Positions 15,701-31,800 of a stretch of DNA of 64,000 nt are shown here, piece by piece; positions within the stretch are counted from its first letter, which is position 1; each line of letters begins with the position of its first letter. The position numbers and the translations under genes were made by a program. The notes under the pieces were generated by a model. The model had not been told where the DNA came from and ran no database searches. It was given only the letters and a program-made list of their open reading frames with translations. The stretch is from assembly GCA_964016885.1 (NCBI GenBank), contig CAXHJY010000955.1:130056-194055 (forward strand), read 5' to 3'. The DNA is from Eledone cirrhosa. Lineage: Eukaryota.

Positions 15701-18029
15701 AAATATATTGGTGTAAAGTTGGGAATAGAAATATATTGGAGTAAAGTTGGGAATAGAAATATATTGGTGCAAAGTTGAAATAGAAATATATTGGTGTAAA
15801 GTTGGAATAGAAATATATTGGTGTAAAGTTGGAATAGAAATATATTGGTGTAATGTTGGGAATAGAAATATATTGGTGTAAAGTTGGAATAGAAATATAT
15901 TGGTGTAAAGTTGGGAATAGAAATATATTGGAGTAAGGTTGGAATAGAAATATATTGGTGTAATGTTGGAATAGAAATATATTGGTGGAAAGTTGGGAAT
16001 AGAAATATATTGGTGTAAAGTTGGGAATAGAAATATATTGGTGTAATGTTGGAATAGAAATATATTGGTGTTAAGTTGGAATAGAAATATATCGGTGTAA
16101 AGTTGGAATAGAAATATATTGGTGTAAAGTTGGGAATAGAAATATATTGGAGTAAGGTTGAAATAGAAATATATTGGTGTAAAGTTGGGAATAGAAATAT
16201 ATTGGTGTAAAGTTGGGAATAGAAATATATTGGTGTAAAGTTGGGAATAGAAATATTTTGGTGTAAAGTTGAGAATAGAAATATATTGGTGTAAAGTTGG
16301 AATAGAAATATATTGGTGTAAAGTTGGGAATTGAAATATATTGGTGTAAAGTTGGGAATAGAAATATTTTGGTGTAAAGTTGGGAATAGAAATATATTGG
16401 TGTAAAGTTGGGAATAGAAATATATTGGTGTAAAGTTGGAATAGAAATATATTGGAGTAAAGTTGGGAATAGAAATATATTGGTGTAAAGTTGGGAATAG
16501 AAATATATTGGTGTAAAGTTGGAATAGAAATTAATTGGAATAAAGTTGGGAATAGAAATATATTGGTGTAAAGTTGGAATAGAAATATATTGGTGTAAAG
16601 TTGGAATAGAAATATATTGGTGTAAAGTTGGAAATAGAAATATATTGGTGTAAAGTTGGAATAGAAATATATTGGTGTAAATTTGGGTATAGAAACATAT
16701 TGGTGTAAAGTTGGAATAGAAATATATGGTGTAAAGTTGGAATAGAAATATATTGGTGTAAAGTTAGAATAGAAATATATTGGTTTAAAATTGGGAATAG
16801 AAATATATTGGTGAATAGTTGGGAATAGAAATATATCGGTGGAATGTTGGGAATAGAAATATATTGGTGTAAAGTTGGGTATAGAAATATATTGGTGTAA
16901 AGTTGGAATAGAAATATATTGGTGTAAAGTTGGGAATAGGAATATATTGGTGTAAAGTTGGAATAGAAATATATGGTGTAAAGTTGGAATAGAAATATAT
17001 TGGTGTAAAGTTAGGAATAGAAATATATTGGAGTAAGGTTGAAATAGAAATATATTGGTGTAAAGTTGGAGTAGAAATATAATGGTGTAAAGTTGGGAAT
17101 AGAAATATATTGGTGTAAAGTTGGGAATAGAAATATATTGGTGTAAAGTTGGAATAGAAATATATTGGTGTAAAGTTAGGAATAGAAATATATTGGAGTA
17201 AGGTTGAAATAGAAATATATTGGTGTAAAGTTGGGAATAGAAATATATTGGTGTAAATTTGGGAATAGAAATACTTTGGTGTAAAGTTGGAAATAGAAAT
17301 ATATTGGTGTAAAATTGGAATAGAAATATATTGGTGTAAAGTTGGGAATAGAAATATATTGGAATGAGGTTGGAATAGAAATATATTGGTGTAAAGTTAG
17401 AATAGAAATATATTGGTGTAAAGTTAGGAATAGAAATATATTGGTGTAAAGTTGGGAATAGGAATATATTGGTGTAAAGTTGGAATAGAAATATATGGTG
17501 TAAAGTTGGAATAGAAATATATTGGTGTAAAGTTAGAATAGAAATATATTGGTTTAAAACTGGGAATAGAAATATATTGGTGAATAGTTGGGAATAGAAA
17601 TATATCGGTGGAATGTTGGGAATAGAAATATATTGGTGTAAAGTTGGGTATAGAAATATATTGGTGTAAAGTTGGAATAGAAATATATTGGTGTAAAGTT
17701 GGAATAGAAATATATTGGTGTAAAGTTGGGAATAGGAATATATTGGTGTAAAGTTGGAATAGAAATATATTGGTGTAAAGTTAAGAATAGAAATATATTG
17801 GAGTAAGGTTGAAATAGAAATATATTGGTGTAAAGTGGGAATAGAAATATAATGGTGTAAAGTTGGGAATAGAAATATATTGGTGTAAAGTTGGGAATAG
17901 AAATGTATTGGTGTAAAGTTGGAATAGAAATATATTGGTGTAAAGTTAGGAATAGAAATATATTGGAGTAAGGTTGAAATAGAAATATATTGGTGTAAAG
18001 TTGGAATAGAAATATATTGGTGTAAAGTT

Positions 18030-21000
18030 GGGAATAGAAATATATTGGTGTAAAGTTAGGAATAGAAATATATTGGTGTAAAGTTGGGAATAGGAATATA
18101 TTGGTGTAAAGTTGGAATAGAAATATATGGTGTAAAGTTGGAATAGAAATACATTGGTGTAAAGTTGGAATAGAAATATATTTGTGTAAAGTTGGAATAG
18201 AAATATATTGGTGTAAAGTTGGAATAGAAATATATTGGTGTAAAGTTGGGAATAGAAATATATTGGTGTAAAGTTGGGAATAGAAATATTTTGGTGTAAA
18301 GTTGGGAATAGAAATATATTGGTGTAAAGTTGGCGATAGAAATATTATGGTGTAAAGTTGGGAATAGAAATATATTGGTGTAAAGTTGGGAACAGAAATA
18401 TATTGGTGTAAAGTTGGAATAGAAATATATTGGTGTATAGTTGGGAATAGAAATATATTGGTGTAAAGTTGGAACAGAAATATATTGGTGTAAAGTTTGA
18501 ATAGAAATATATTGGTGTAAAGTTGGGAATAGAAATATGTTGGTGTAAAGTTGGAATAGAAATATATGGTGTAAAGTGGGAATAGAAATATATTGGTGTA
18601 AAGTTGGAATTGAAATATATTGGTGTAAAGTTGGAATAGAAATATATTGGTGTAAAGTTGAGAATAGAAATATATTGGTGTAAAGTTGGAATAGAAATAT
18701 ATTGGTGTAAAGTCGGAATAGAAATATATTGGTGTAAAGTTGGAATAGAAATTTATTGGTCTAAATTTGGAAATAGAAATATATTGGTGTAAAGTTGGGA
18801 ATAGAAATATATTGGTGTAAAGTTGGGAATAGAAATATATTGGAGTAAAGTTGGGAATAGAAATATATTGGTGCAAAGTTGGAATAGAAATATATTGGTG
18901 TAAAGTTGGGAATAGAAATATATTGGTGTAAAGTTGGGAATAGAAATATATTGGTGCGAAGTTGGAATAGAAATATATTGGTGTAACGTTGGGAATAGAA
19001 ATATATTGGAGTAAAGTTGGGAATAGAAATATATTGGTGCAAAGTTGAAATAGAAATATATTGGTGTAAAGTTGGAATAGAAATATATTGGTGTAAAGTT
19101 GGGAATAGAAATATATTGGAATGAGGTTGGAATAGAAATATATTGGTGTAAAGTTAGAATAGAAATATATTGGTGTAAAGTTAGGAATAGAAATATATTG
19201 GTGTAAAGTTGGGAATAGGAATATATTGGTGTAAAGTTGGAATAGAAATATATGGTGTAAAGTTGGAATAGAAATACATTGGTGTAAAGTTGGAATAGAA
19301 ATATATTTGTGTAAAGTTGGAATAGAAATATATTGGTGTAAAGTTGGAATAGAAATATATTGGTGTAAAGTTGGGAATAGAAATATATTGGTGTAAAGTT
19401 GGGAATAGAAATATTTTGGTGTAAAGTTGGGAATAGAAATATATTGGTGTAAAGTTGGCGATAGAAATATTATGGTGTAAAGTTGGGAATAGAAATATAT
19501 TGGTGTAAAGTTGGGAACAGAAATATATTGGTGTAAAGTTGGAATAGAAATATATTGGTGTATAGTTGGGAATAGAAATATATTGGTGTAAAGTTGGAAC
19601 AGAAATATATTGGTGTAAAGTTTGAATAGAAATATATTGGTGTAAAGTTGGGAATAGAAATATGTTGGTGTAAAGTTGGAATAGAAATATATGGTGTAAA
19701 GTGGGAATAGAAATATATTGGTGTAAAGTTGGAATTGAAATATATTGGTGTAAAGTCGGAATAGAAATATATTGGTGTAAAGTTGAGAATAGAAATATAT
19801 TGGTGTAAAGTTGGAATAGAAATATATTGGTGTAAAGTCGGAATAGAAATATATTGGTGTAAAGTTGGAATAGAAATTTATTGGTCTAAATTTGGAAATA
19901 GAAATATATTGGTGTAAAGTTGGGAATAGAAATATATTGGTGTAAAGTTGGGAATAGAAATATATTGGAGTAAAGTTGGGAATAGAAATATATTGGTGCA
20001 AAGTTGGAATAGAAATATATTGGTGTAAAGTTGGGAATAGAAATATATTGGTGTAAAGTTGGGAATAGAAATATATTGGTGCGAAGTTGGAATAGAAATA
20101 TATTGGTGTAACGTTGGGAATAGAAATATATTGGAGTAAAGTTGGGAATAGAAATATATTGGTGCAAAGTTGAAATAGAAATATATTGGTGTAAAGTTGG
20201 AATAGAAATATATTGGTGTAAAGTTGGAATAGAAATATATTGGTGTAATGTTGGGAATAGAAATATATTGGTGTAAAGTTGGAATAGAAATATATTGGTG
20301 TAAAGTTGGGAATAGAAATATATTGGAGTAAGGTTGGAATAGTAATATATTGGTGTAAAGTTGGGAATAGAAATATATTGGAGTAAGGTTGAAATAGAAA
20401 TATATTGGTGTAACGTTGGGAATAGAAATATATTGGAGTAAAGTTGGGAATAGAAATATATTGGTGCAAAGTTGAAATAGAAATATATTGGTGTAAAGTT
20501 GGAATAGAAATATATTGGTGTAAAGTTGGAATAGAAATATATTGGTGTAATGTTGGGAATAGAAATATATTGGTGTAAAGTTGGAATAGAAATATATTGG
20601 TGTAAAGTTGGGAATAGAAATATATTGGAGTAAGGTTGGAATAGTAATATATTGGTGTAAAGTTGGGAATAGAAATATATTGGTGTAAAGTTGGGAATAG
20701 AAATATTTTGGTGTAAAGTTGGGAATAGAAATATATTGGTGTAAAGTTGGGAATAGAAATATATTGGTGTAAAGTTGGAATAGAAATATATTGGAGTAAA
20801 GTTGGGAATAGAAATATATTGGTGTAAAGTTGGGAATAGAAATATATTGGTGTAAAGTTGGAATAGAAATTAATTGGAATAAAGTTGGGAATAGAAATAT
20901 ATTGGTGTAAAGTTGGAATAGAAATATATTGGTGTAAAGTTGGAATAGAAATATATTGGTGTAAAGTTGGAAATAGAAATATATTGGTGTAAAGTTGGGA

Positions 21001-22055
21001 TAGAAATATATTGGTGTAAATTTGGGTATAGAAATATATTGGTGTAAAGTTGGAATAGAAATATATGGTGTAAAGTTGAAATAGAAATATATTGGTGTAA
21101 AGTTAGAATAGAAATATATTGGTTTAAAATTGGGAATAGAAATATATTGGTGAATAGTTGGGAATAGAAATATATCGGTGGAATGTTGGGAATAGAAATA
21201 TATTGGTGTAAAGTTGGGTATAGAAATGTATTGGTGTAAAGTTGGAATAGAAATATATTGGTGTCAAGTTGGAATAGAAATATATTGGTGTAAAGTTGGG
21301 AATAGGAATATATTGGTGTAAAGTTGGAATAGAAATATATTGGAGTAAGGTTGAAATAGAAATATATTGGTGTAAAGTTGGAATAGAAATATAATGGTGT
21401 AAAGTTGGGAATAGAAATATATTGGTGTAAAGTTGGGAATAGAAATATATTGGTGTAAAGTTGGAATAGAAATATATTGGTGTAAAGTTAGGAATAGAAA
21501 TATATTGGAGTAAGGTTGAAATAGAAATATATTGGTGTAAAGTTGGAATAGAAATATATTGGTGTAAAGGTAGAATAGAAATATATTGGTGTAAAGTTAG
21601 GAATAGAAATATATTGGTGTAAAGTTGGGAATAGGAATATATTGGTGTAAAGTTGGAATAGAAATATATGGTGTAAAGTTGGAATAGAAATACATTGGTG
21701 TAAAGTTGGAATAGAAATATATTTGTGTAAATTTGGAATAGAAATATATTGTTGTAAATTTGGGAATAGAAATATATTGGTGTAAAGTTGGAATAGAAAT
21801 ATATTGGTGTAAAGTTGGAATAGAAATATATTGGTGTAAAGTTGGGAATAGAAATATATTGGTGTAAAGTTGGGAATAGAAATATATAGGTGTAAAGTTG
21901 GGAATAGAAATATATTGGAGTAAGGTTGGAATAGAAATATATTGGTGTAAAGTTGGAATAGAAATATATTGGTGTAAAGTTGGAAATAGAAATATATTGG
22001 TGTGAAGTTGGGAATAGAAATAGAATGGTGTAAAGTTGGAATAGAAATATATTGG
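18030..22055 (+). repeat. Second copy of the ~10.5-14.5 kb block (offset 7527 bp), including its own 1125-bp tandem pair; ends approximate
   Basis: ORF pairs 11234/18761, 12359/19886 and ends 12942/20469 all differ by 7527; variant GTTGGGATAG at 13473 and 21000. Confidence 0.88.
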
Positions 22056-25000
22056 TGTAATGTTGGGAATAGAAATATATTGGTGTAAAGTTGGAATAGA
22101 AATATATTGGTGTAAAGTTGGGAATAGAAATATATTGGAGTAAGGTTGGAATAGTAATATATTGGTGTAAAGTTGGGAATAGAAATATATTGGAGTAAGG
22201 TTGAAATAGAAATATATTGGTGTAACGTTGGGAATAGAAATATATTGGAGTAAAGTTGGGAATAGAAATATATTGGTGCAAAGTTGAAATAGAAATATAT
22301 TGGTGTAAAGTTGGAATAGAAATATATTGGTGTAAAGTTGGAATAGAAATATATTGGTGTAATGTTGGGAATAGAAATATATTGGTGTAAAGTTGGAATA
22401 GAAATATATTGGTGTAAAGTTGGGAATAGAAATATATTGGAGTAAGGTTGGAATAGTAATATATTGGTGTAAAGTTGGGAATAGAAATATATTGGTGTAA
22501 AGTTGGGAATAGAAATATTTTGGTGTAAAGTTGGGAATAGAAATATATTGGTGTAAAGTTGGGAATAGAAATATATTGGTGTAAAGTTGGAATAGAAATA
22601 TATTGGAGTAAAGTTGGGAATAGAAATATATTGGTGTAAAGTTGGGAATAGAAATATATTGGTGTAAAGTTGGAATAGAAATTAATTGGAATAAAGTTGG
22701 GAATAGAAATATATTGGTGTAAAGTTGGAATAGAAATATATTGGTGTAAAGTTGGAATAGAAATATATTGGTGTAAAGTTGGAAATAGAAATATATTGGT
22801 GTAAAGTTGGGATAGAAATATATTGGTGTAAATTTGGGTATAGAAATATATTGGTGTAAAGTTGGAATAGAAATATATGGTGTAAAGTTGAAATAGAAAT
22901 ATATTGGTGTAAAGTTAGAATAGAAATATATTGGTTTAAAATTGGGAATAGAAATATATTGGTGAATAGTTGGGAATAGAAATATATCGGTGGAATGTTG
23001 GGAATAGAAATATATTGGTGTAAAGTTGGGTATAGAAATGTATTGGTGTAAAGTTGGAATAGAAATATATTGGTGTCAAGTTGGAATAGAAATATATTGG
23101 TGTAAAGTTGGGAATAGGAATATATTGGTGTAAAGTTGGAATAGAAATATATTGGAGTAAGGTTGAAATAGAAATATATTGGTGTAAAGTTGGAATAGAA
23201 ATATAATGGTGTAAAGTTGGGAATAGAAATATATTGGTGTAAAGTTGGGAATAGAAATATATTGGTGTAAAGTTGGAATAGAAATATATTGGTGTAAAGT
23301 TAGGAATAGAAATATATTGGAGTAAGGTTGAAATAGAAATATATTGGTGTAAAGTTGGAATAGAAATATATTGGTGTAAAGGTAGAATAGAAATATATTG
23401 GTGTAAAGTTAGGAATAGAAATATATTGGTGTAAAGTTGGGAATAGGAATATATTGGTGTAAAGTTGGAATAGAAATATATGGTGTAAAGTTGGAATAGA
23501 AATACATTGGTGTAAAGTTGGAATAGAAATATATTTGTGTAAATTTGGAATAGAAATATATTGTTGTAAATTTGGGAATAGAAATATATTGGTGTAAAGT
23601 TGGAATAGAAATATATTGGTGTAAAGTTGGAATAGAAATATATTGGTGTAAAGTTGGGAATAGAAATATATTGGTGTAAAGTTGGGAATAGAAATATATA
23701 GGTGTAAAGTTGGGAATAGAAATATATTGGAGTAAGGTTGGAATAGAAATATATTGGTGTAAAGTTGGAATAGAAATATATTGGTGTAAAGTTGGAAATA
23801 GAAATATATTGGTGTGAAGTTGGGAATAGAAATAGAATGGTGTAAAGTTGGAATAGAAATATATTGGTGTAAAGTTGGAATAGAAATATATGGTGTTAAG
23901 TTGGAATAGAAATACATTGGTGTAAAGATGGAATAGAAATATATTTGTGTAAATTTGGAATAGAAATATATTGGTGTAAATTTGGGAATAGAAATATATT
24001 GGTGTAAAGTTGGAATAGAAATATATTGGTGTAAAGTTGGGAATAGAAATATATTGGAGTAAGGTTGAAATAGAAATATATTGGTGTAAAGTTGGGAATA
24101 GAAATATATTGGTGTAAAGTTGGGAATAGAAATATATTGGTGTAAAGTTAGAATAGAAATATATTGGTGTAAAGTTGGAATAGAAATATATTGGTGTAAA
24201 GTTGGAATAGAAATATGTTGGTGTAAAGTTGGAATAGAAATATAATGGTGTAAAGTTGGGAATAGAAATATATTGGTGCAAAGTTGGGAATAGAAATATT
24301 TTGGTGTAAAGTTGGGAATAGAAATATACTGGTGTAAAGTTGGCGATAGAAATATTATGGTGTAAAGTTGGGAATAGAAATATATTGGTGTAAAGTTGGG
24401 TATAGAAATATATTGGTGTAAAGTTGGAATAGAAATATATGGTGTAATGTTGGAATAGAAATATATTGGTGTAAAGTTAGAATAGAAATATATTGGTGTA
24501 AAATTGGGAATAGAAATATATTGGTGTAAAGTTGGGAATAGAAATATATTGGTGTAAAGTTGGAATAGAAATATATTGGTATAAAGTTGGGAATAGAAAT
24601 ATATTGGAGTAAGGTTGAAAAAGAAATATAGTGGTGTAAATTTGGGAATAGAAATATATTGGTGTAAAGTTGGGAATAGAAATATATTGGTGTAAAGTTG
24701 GGAATAGAAATATATTGGTGTAAAGTTGGGAATAGAAATATATTGGTGTAAAGTTGGAATAGAAATATGTTGGTGTAAAGTTGGAATAGAAATATAATGG
24801 TGTAAAGTTGGGAATAGAAATATATTGGTGCAAAGTTGGGAATAGAAATATATTGGCGTAAAGTTGGGAATAGAAATATATTGGTGTAAAGTTGGGAATA
24901 GAAATATATTGGAGTAAAGTTGGGAATAGAAATATATTGGTGCAAAGTTGGAATAGAAATATATTGGTGTAAAGTTGGGAATAGAAATATATTGGTGTAA

Positions 25001-28000
25001 AGTTGGGAATAGAAATATATTGGTGCGAAATTGGAATAGAAATATATTGGTGTAAAGTTGGGAATAGAAATATATTGGAGTAAAGTTGGGAATAGAAATA
25101 TATTGGTGCAAAGTTGAAATAGAAATATATTGGTGTAAAGTTGGAATAGAAATATATTGGTGTAAAGTTGGAATAGAAATATATTGGTGTAATGTTGGGA
25201 ATAGAAATATATTGGTGTAAAGTTGGAATAGAAATATATTGGTGTAAAGTTGGGAATAGAAATATATTGGAGTAAGGTTGGAATAGAAATATATTGGTGT
25301 AATGTTGGAATAGAAATATATTGGTGGAAAGTTGGGAATAGAAATATATTGGTGTAAAGTTGGGAATAGAAATATATTGGTGTAATGTTGGAATAGAAAT
25401 ATATTGGTGTTAAGTTGGAATAGAAATATATCGGTGTAAAGTTGGAATAGAAATATATTGGTGTAAAGTTGGGAATAGAAATATATTGGAGTAAGGTTGA
25501 AATAGAAATATATTGGTGTAAAGTTGGGAATAGAAATATATTGGTGTAAAGTTGGGAATAGAAATATATTGGTGTAAAGTTGGGAATAGAAATATTTTGG
25601 TGTAAAGTTGAGAATAGAAATATATTGGTGTAAAGTTGGAATAGAAATATATTGGTGTAAAGTTGGGAATTGAAATATATTGGTGTAAAGTTGGGAATAG
25701 AAATATTTTGGTGTAAAGTTGGGAATAGAAATATATTGGTGTAAAGTTGGGAATAGAAATATATTGGTGTAAAGTTGGAATAGAAATATATTGGAGTAAA
25801 GTTGGGAATAGAAATATATTGGTGTAAAGTTGGGAATAGAAATATATTGGTGTAAAGTTGGAATAGAAATTAATTGGAATAAAGTTGGGAATAGAAATAT
25901 ATTGGTGTAAAGTTGGAATAGAAATATATTGGTGTAAAGTTGGAATAGAAATATATTGGTGTAAAGTTGGAAATAGAAATATATTGGTGTAAAGTTGGAA
26001 TAGAAATATATTGGTGTAAATTTGGGTATAGAAACATATTGGTGTAAAGTTGGAATAGAAATATATGGTGTAAAGTTGGAATAGAAATATATTGGTGTAA
26101 AGTTAGAATAGAAATATATTGGTTTAAAATTGGGAATAGAAATATATTGGTGAATAGTTGGGAATAGAAATATATCGGTGGAATGTTGGGAATAGAAATA
26201 TATTGGTGTAAAGTTGGGTATAGAAATATATTGGTGTAAAGTTGGAATAGAAATATATTGGTGTAAATTTGGGAATAGGAATATATTGGTGTAAAGTTGG
26301 AATAGAAATATATGGTGTAAAGTTGGAATAGAAATATATTGGTGTAAAGTTAGGAATAGAAATATATTGGAGTAAGGTTGAAATAGAAATATATTGGTGT
26401 AAAGTTGGAGTAGAAATATAATGGTGTAAAGTTGGGAATAGAAATATATTGGTGTAAAGTTGGGAATAGAAATATATTGGTGTAAAGTTGGAATAGAAAT
26501 ATATTGGTGTAAAGTTAGGAATAGAAATATATTGGAGTAAGGTTGAAATAGAAATATATTGGTGTAAAGTTGGGAATAGAAATATATTGGTGTAAATTTG
26601 GGAATAGAAATACTTTGGTGTAAAGTTGGAAATAGAAATATATTGGTGTAAAATTGGAATAGAAATATATTGGTGTAAAGTTGGGAATAGAAATATATTG
26701 GAATGAGGTTGGAATAGAAATATATTGGTGTAAAGTTAGAATAGAAATATATTGGTGTAAAGTTAGGAATAGAAATATATTGGTGTAAAGTTGGGAATAG
26801 GAATATATTGGTGTAAAGTTGGAATAGAAATATATGGTGTAAAGTTGGAATAGAAAAATATTGGTGTAAAGTTAGAATAGAAATATATTGGTTTAAAACT
26901 GGGAATAGAAATATATTGGTGAATAGTTGGGAATAGAAATATATCGGTGGAATGTTGGGAATAGAAATATATTGGTGTAAAGTTGGGTATAGAAATATAT
27001 TGGTGTAAAGTTGGAATAGAAATATATTGGTGTAATGTTGGGAATAGAAATATATTGGTGTAAAGTTGGAATAGAAATATATTGGTGTAAAGTTGGGAAT
27101 AGAAATATATTGGAGTAAGGTTGGAATAGTAATATATTGGTGTAAAGTTGGGAATAGAAATATATTGGAGTAAGGTTGAAATAGAAATATATTGGTGTAA
27201 CGTTGGGAATAGAAATATATTGGAGTAAAGTTGGGAATAGAAATATATTGGTGCAAAGTTGAAATAGAAATATATTGGTGTAAAGTTGGAATAGAAATAT
27301 ATTGGTGTAAAGTTGGAATAGAAATATATTGGTGTAATGTTGGGAATAGAAATATATTGGTGTAAAGTTGGAATAGAAATATATTGGTGTAAAGTTGGGA
27401 ATAGAAATATATTGGAGTAAGGTTGGAATAGTAATATATTGGTGTAAAGTTGGGAATAGAAATATATTGGTGTAAAGTTGGGAATAGAAATATTTTGGTG
27501 TAAAGTTGGGAATAGAAATATATTGGTGTAAAGTTGGGAATAGAAATATATTGGTGTAAAGTTGGAATAGAAATATATTGGAGTAAAGTTGGGAATAGAA
27601 ATATATTGGTGTAAAGTTGGGAATAGAAATATATTGGTGTAAAGTTGGAATAGAAATTAATTGGAATAAAGTTGGGAATAGAAATATATTGGTGTAAAGT
27701 TGGAATAGAAATATATTGGTGTAAAGTTGGAATAGAAATATATTGGTGTAAAGTTGGAAATAGAAATATATTGGTGTAAAGTTGGGATAGAAATATATTG
27801 GTGTAAATTTGGGTATAGAAATATATTGGTGTAAAGTTGGAATAGAAATATATGGTGTAAAGTTGAAATAGAAATATATTGGTGTAAAGTTAGAATAGAA
27901 ATATATTGGTTTAAAATTGGGAATAGAAATATATTGGTGAATAGTTGGGAATAGAAATATATCGGTGGAATGTTGGGAATAGAAATATATTGGTGTAAAG

Positions 28001-31000
28001 TTGGGTATAGAAATGTATTGGTGTAAAGTTGGAATAGAAATATATTGGTGTCAAGTTGGAATAGAAATATATTGGTGTAAAGTTGGGAATAGGAATATAT
28101 TGGTGTAAAGTTGGAATAGAAATATATTGGAGTAAGGTTGAAATAGAAATATATTGGTGTAAAGTTGGAATAGAAATATAATGGTGTAAAGTTGGGAATA
28201 GAAATATATTGGTGTAAAGTTGGGAATAGAAATATATTGGTGTAAAGTTGGAATAGAAATATATTGGTGTAAAGTTAGGAATAGAAATATATTGGAGTAA
28301 GGTTGAAATAGAAATATATTGGTGTAAAGTTGGAATAGAAATATATTGGTGTAAAGGTAGAATAGAAATATATTGGTGTAAAGTTAGGAATAGAAATATA
28401 TTGGTGTAAAGTTGGGAATAGGAATATATTGGTGTAAAGTTGGAATAGAAATATATGGTGTAAAGTTGGAATAGAAATACATTGGTGTAAAGTTGGAATA
28501 GAAATATATTTGTGTAAATTTGGAATAGAAATATATTGTTGTAAATTTGGGAATAGAAATATATTGGTGTAAAGTTGGAATAGAAATATATTGGTGTAAA
28601 GTTGGAATAGAAATATATTGGTGTAAAGTTGGGAATAGAAATATATTGGTGTAAAGTTGGGAATAGAAATATATAGGTGTAAAGTTGGGAATAGAAATAT
28701 ATTGGAGTAAGGTTGGAATAGAAATATATTGGTGTAAAGTTGGAATAGAAATATATTGGTGTAAAGTTGGAAATAGAAATATATTGGTGTGAAGTTGGGA
28801 ATAGAAATAGAATGGTGTAAAGTTGGAATAGAAATATATTGGTGTAAAGTTGGAATAGAAATATATGGTGTTAAGTTGGAATAGAAATACATTGGTGTAA
28901 AGATGGAATAGAAATATATTTGTGTAAATTTGGAATAGAAATATATTGGTGTAAATTTGGGAATAGAAATATATTGGTGTAAAGTTGGAATAGAAATATA
29001 TTGGTGTAAAGTTGGGAATAGAAATATTTTGGGGTAAGGTTGAAATAGAAATATATTGGTGTAAAGTTGGGAATAGAAATATATTGGTGTAAAGTTGGGA
29101 ATAGAAATATATTGGTGTAAAGTTAGAATAGAAATATATTGGTGTAAAGTTGGAATAGAAATATATTGGTGTAAAGTTGGAATAGAAATATGTTGGTGTA
29201 AAGTTGGAATAGAAATATAATGGTGTAAAGTTGGGAATAGAAATATATTGGTGCAAAGTTGGGAATAGAAATATTTTGGTGTAAAGTTGGGAATAGAAAT
29301 ATACTGGTGTAAAGTTGGCGATAGAAATATTATGGTGTAAAGTTGGGAATAGAAATATATTGGTGTAAAGTTGGGTATAGAAATATATTGGTGTAAAGTT
29401 GGAATAGAAATATATGGTGTAATGTTGGAATAGAAATATATTGGTGTAAAGTTAGAATAGAAATATATTGGTGTAAAATTGGGAATAGAAATATATTGGT
29501 GTAAAGTTGGGAATAGAAATATATTGGTGTAAAGTTGGAATAGAAATATATTGGTATAAAGTTGGGAATAGAAATATATTGGAGTAAGGTTGAAAAAGAA
29601 ATATAGTGGTGTAAATTTGGGAATAGAAATATATTGGTGTAAAGTTGGGAATAGAAATATATTGGTGTAAAGTTGGGAATAGAAATATATTGGTGTAAAG
29701 TTGGGAATAGAAATATATTGGTGTAAAGTTGGAATAGAAATATGTTGGTGTAAAGTTGGAATAGAAATATAATGGTGTAAAGTTGGGAATAGAAATATAT
29801 TGGTGCAAAGTTGGGAATAGAAATATATTGGCGTAAAGTTGGGAATAGAAATATATTGGTGTAAAGTTGGGAATAGAAATATATTGGAGTAAAGTTGGGA
29901 ATAGAAATATATTGGTGCAAAGTTGGAATAGAAATATATTGGTGTAAAGTTGGGAATAGAAATATATTGGTGTAAAGTTGGGAATAGAAATATATTGGTG
30001 CGAAATTGGAATAGAAATATATTGGTGTAAAGTTGGGAATAGAAATATATTGGAGTAAAGTTGGGAATAGAAATATATTGGTGCAAAGTTGAAATAGAAA
30101 TATATTGGTGTAAAGTTGGAATAGAAATATATTGGTGTAAAGTTGGAATAGAAATATATTGGTGTAATGTTGGGAATAGAAATATATTGGTGTAAAGTTG
30201 GAATAGAAATATATTGGTGTAAAGTTGGGAATAGAAATATATTGGAGTAAGGTTGGAATAGAAATATATTGGTGTAATGTTGGAATAGAAATATATTGGT
30301 GGAAAGTTGGGAATAGAAATATATTGGTGTAAAGTTGGGAATAGAAATATATTGGTGTAATGTTGGAATAGAAATATATTGGTGTTAAGTTGGAATAGAA
30401 ATATATCGGTGTAAAGTTGGAATAGAAATATATTGGTGTAAAGTTGGGAATAGAAATATATTGGAGTAAGGTTGAAATAGAAATATATTGGTGTAAAGTT
30501 GGGAATAGAAATATATTGGTGTAAAGTTGGGAATAGAAATATATTGGTGTAAAGTTGGAATAGAAATATATTGGAGTAAAGTTGGGAATAGAAATATATT
30601 GGTGTAAAGTTGGGAATAGAAATATATTGGTGTAAAGTTTGAATAGAAATTAATTGGAATAAAGTTGGGAATAGAAATATATTGGTGTAAAGTTGGAATA
30701 GAAATATATTGGTGTAAAGTTGGAATAGAAATATATTGGTGTAAAGTTGGAAATAGAAATATATTGGTGTAAAGTTGGAATAGAAATATATTGGTGTAAA
30801 TTTGGGTATAGAAACATATTGGTGTAAAGTTGGAATAGAAATATATGGTGTAAAGTTGGAATAGAAATATATTGGTGTAAAGTTAGAATAGAAATATATT
30901 GGTTTAAAATTGGGAATAGAAATATATTGGTGAATAGTTGGGAATAGAAATATATCGGTGGAATGTTGGGAATAGAAATATATTGGTGTAAAGTTGGGTA

Positions 31001-31800
31001 TAGAAATATATTGGTGTAAAGTTGGAATAGAAATATATTGGTGTAAAGTTGGGAATAGGAATATATTGGTGTAAAGTTGGAATAGAAATATATGGTGTAA
31101 AGTTGGAATAGAAATATATTGGTGTAAAGTTAGGAATAGAAATATATTGGAGTAAGGTTGAAATAGAAATATATTGGTGTAAAGTTGGAGTAGTAATATA
31201 ATGGTGTAAAGTTGGGAATAGAAATATATTGGTGTAAAGTTGGGAATAGAAATATATTGGTGTAAAGTTGGAATAGAAATATATTGGTGTAAAGTTAGGA
31301 ATAGAAATATATTGGAGTAAGGTTGAAATAGAAATATATTGGTGTAAAGTTGGGAATAGAAATATATTGGTGTAAATTTGGGAATAGAAATACTTTGGTG
31401 TAAAGTTGGAAATAGAAATATATTGGTGTAAAATTGGAATAGAAATATATTGGTGTAAAGTTGGGAATAGAAATATATTGGAATGAGGTTGGAATAGAAA
31501 TATATTGGTGTAAAGTTAGAATAGAAATATATTGGTGTAAAGTTAGGAATAGAAATATATTGGTGTAAAGTTGGGAATAGGAATATATTGGTGTAAAGTT
31601 GGAATAGAAATATATGGTGTAAAGTTGGAATAGAAATATATTGGTGTAAAGTTAGAATAGAAATATATTGGTTTAAAACTGGGAATAGAAATATATTGGT
31701 GAATAGTTGGGAATAGAAATATATCGGTGGAATGTTGGGAATAGAAATATATTGGTGTAAAGTTGGGTATAGAAATATATTGGTGTAAAGTTGGAATAGA
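22030..31800 (+). repeat. Tandem duplication of a ~4975-bp unit; the second copy lacks ~195 bp near 30550; ends approximate
   Basis: ORF pairs 23409/28384, 24355/29330 and 24477/29452 differ by 4975. The GAAACATATT variant at 26035 and 30815 differs by 4780. The unit also matches ~12.7-17.7 kb at offset 9339. Confidence 0.88.
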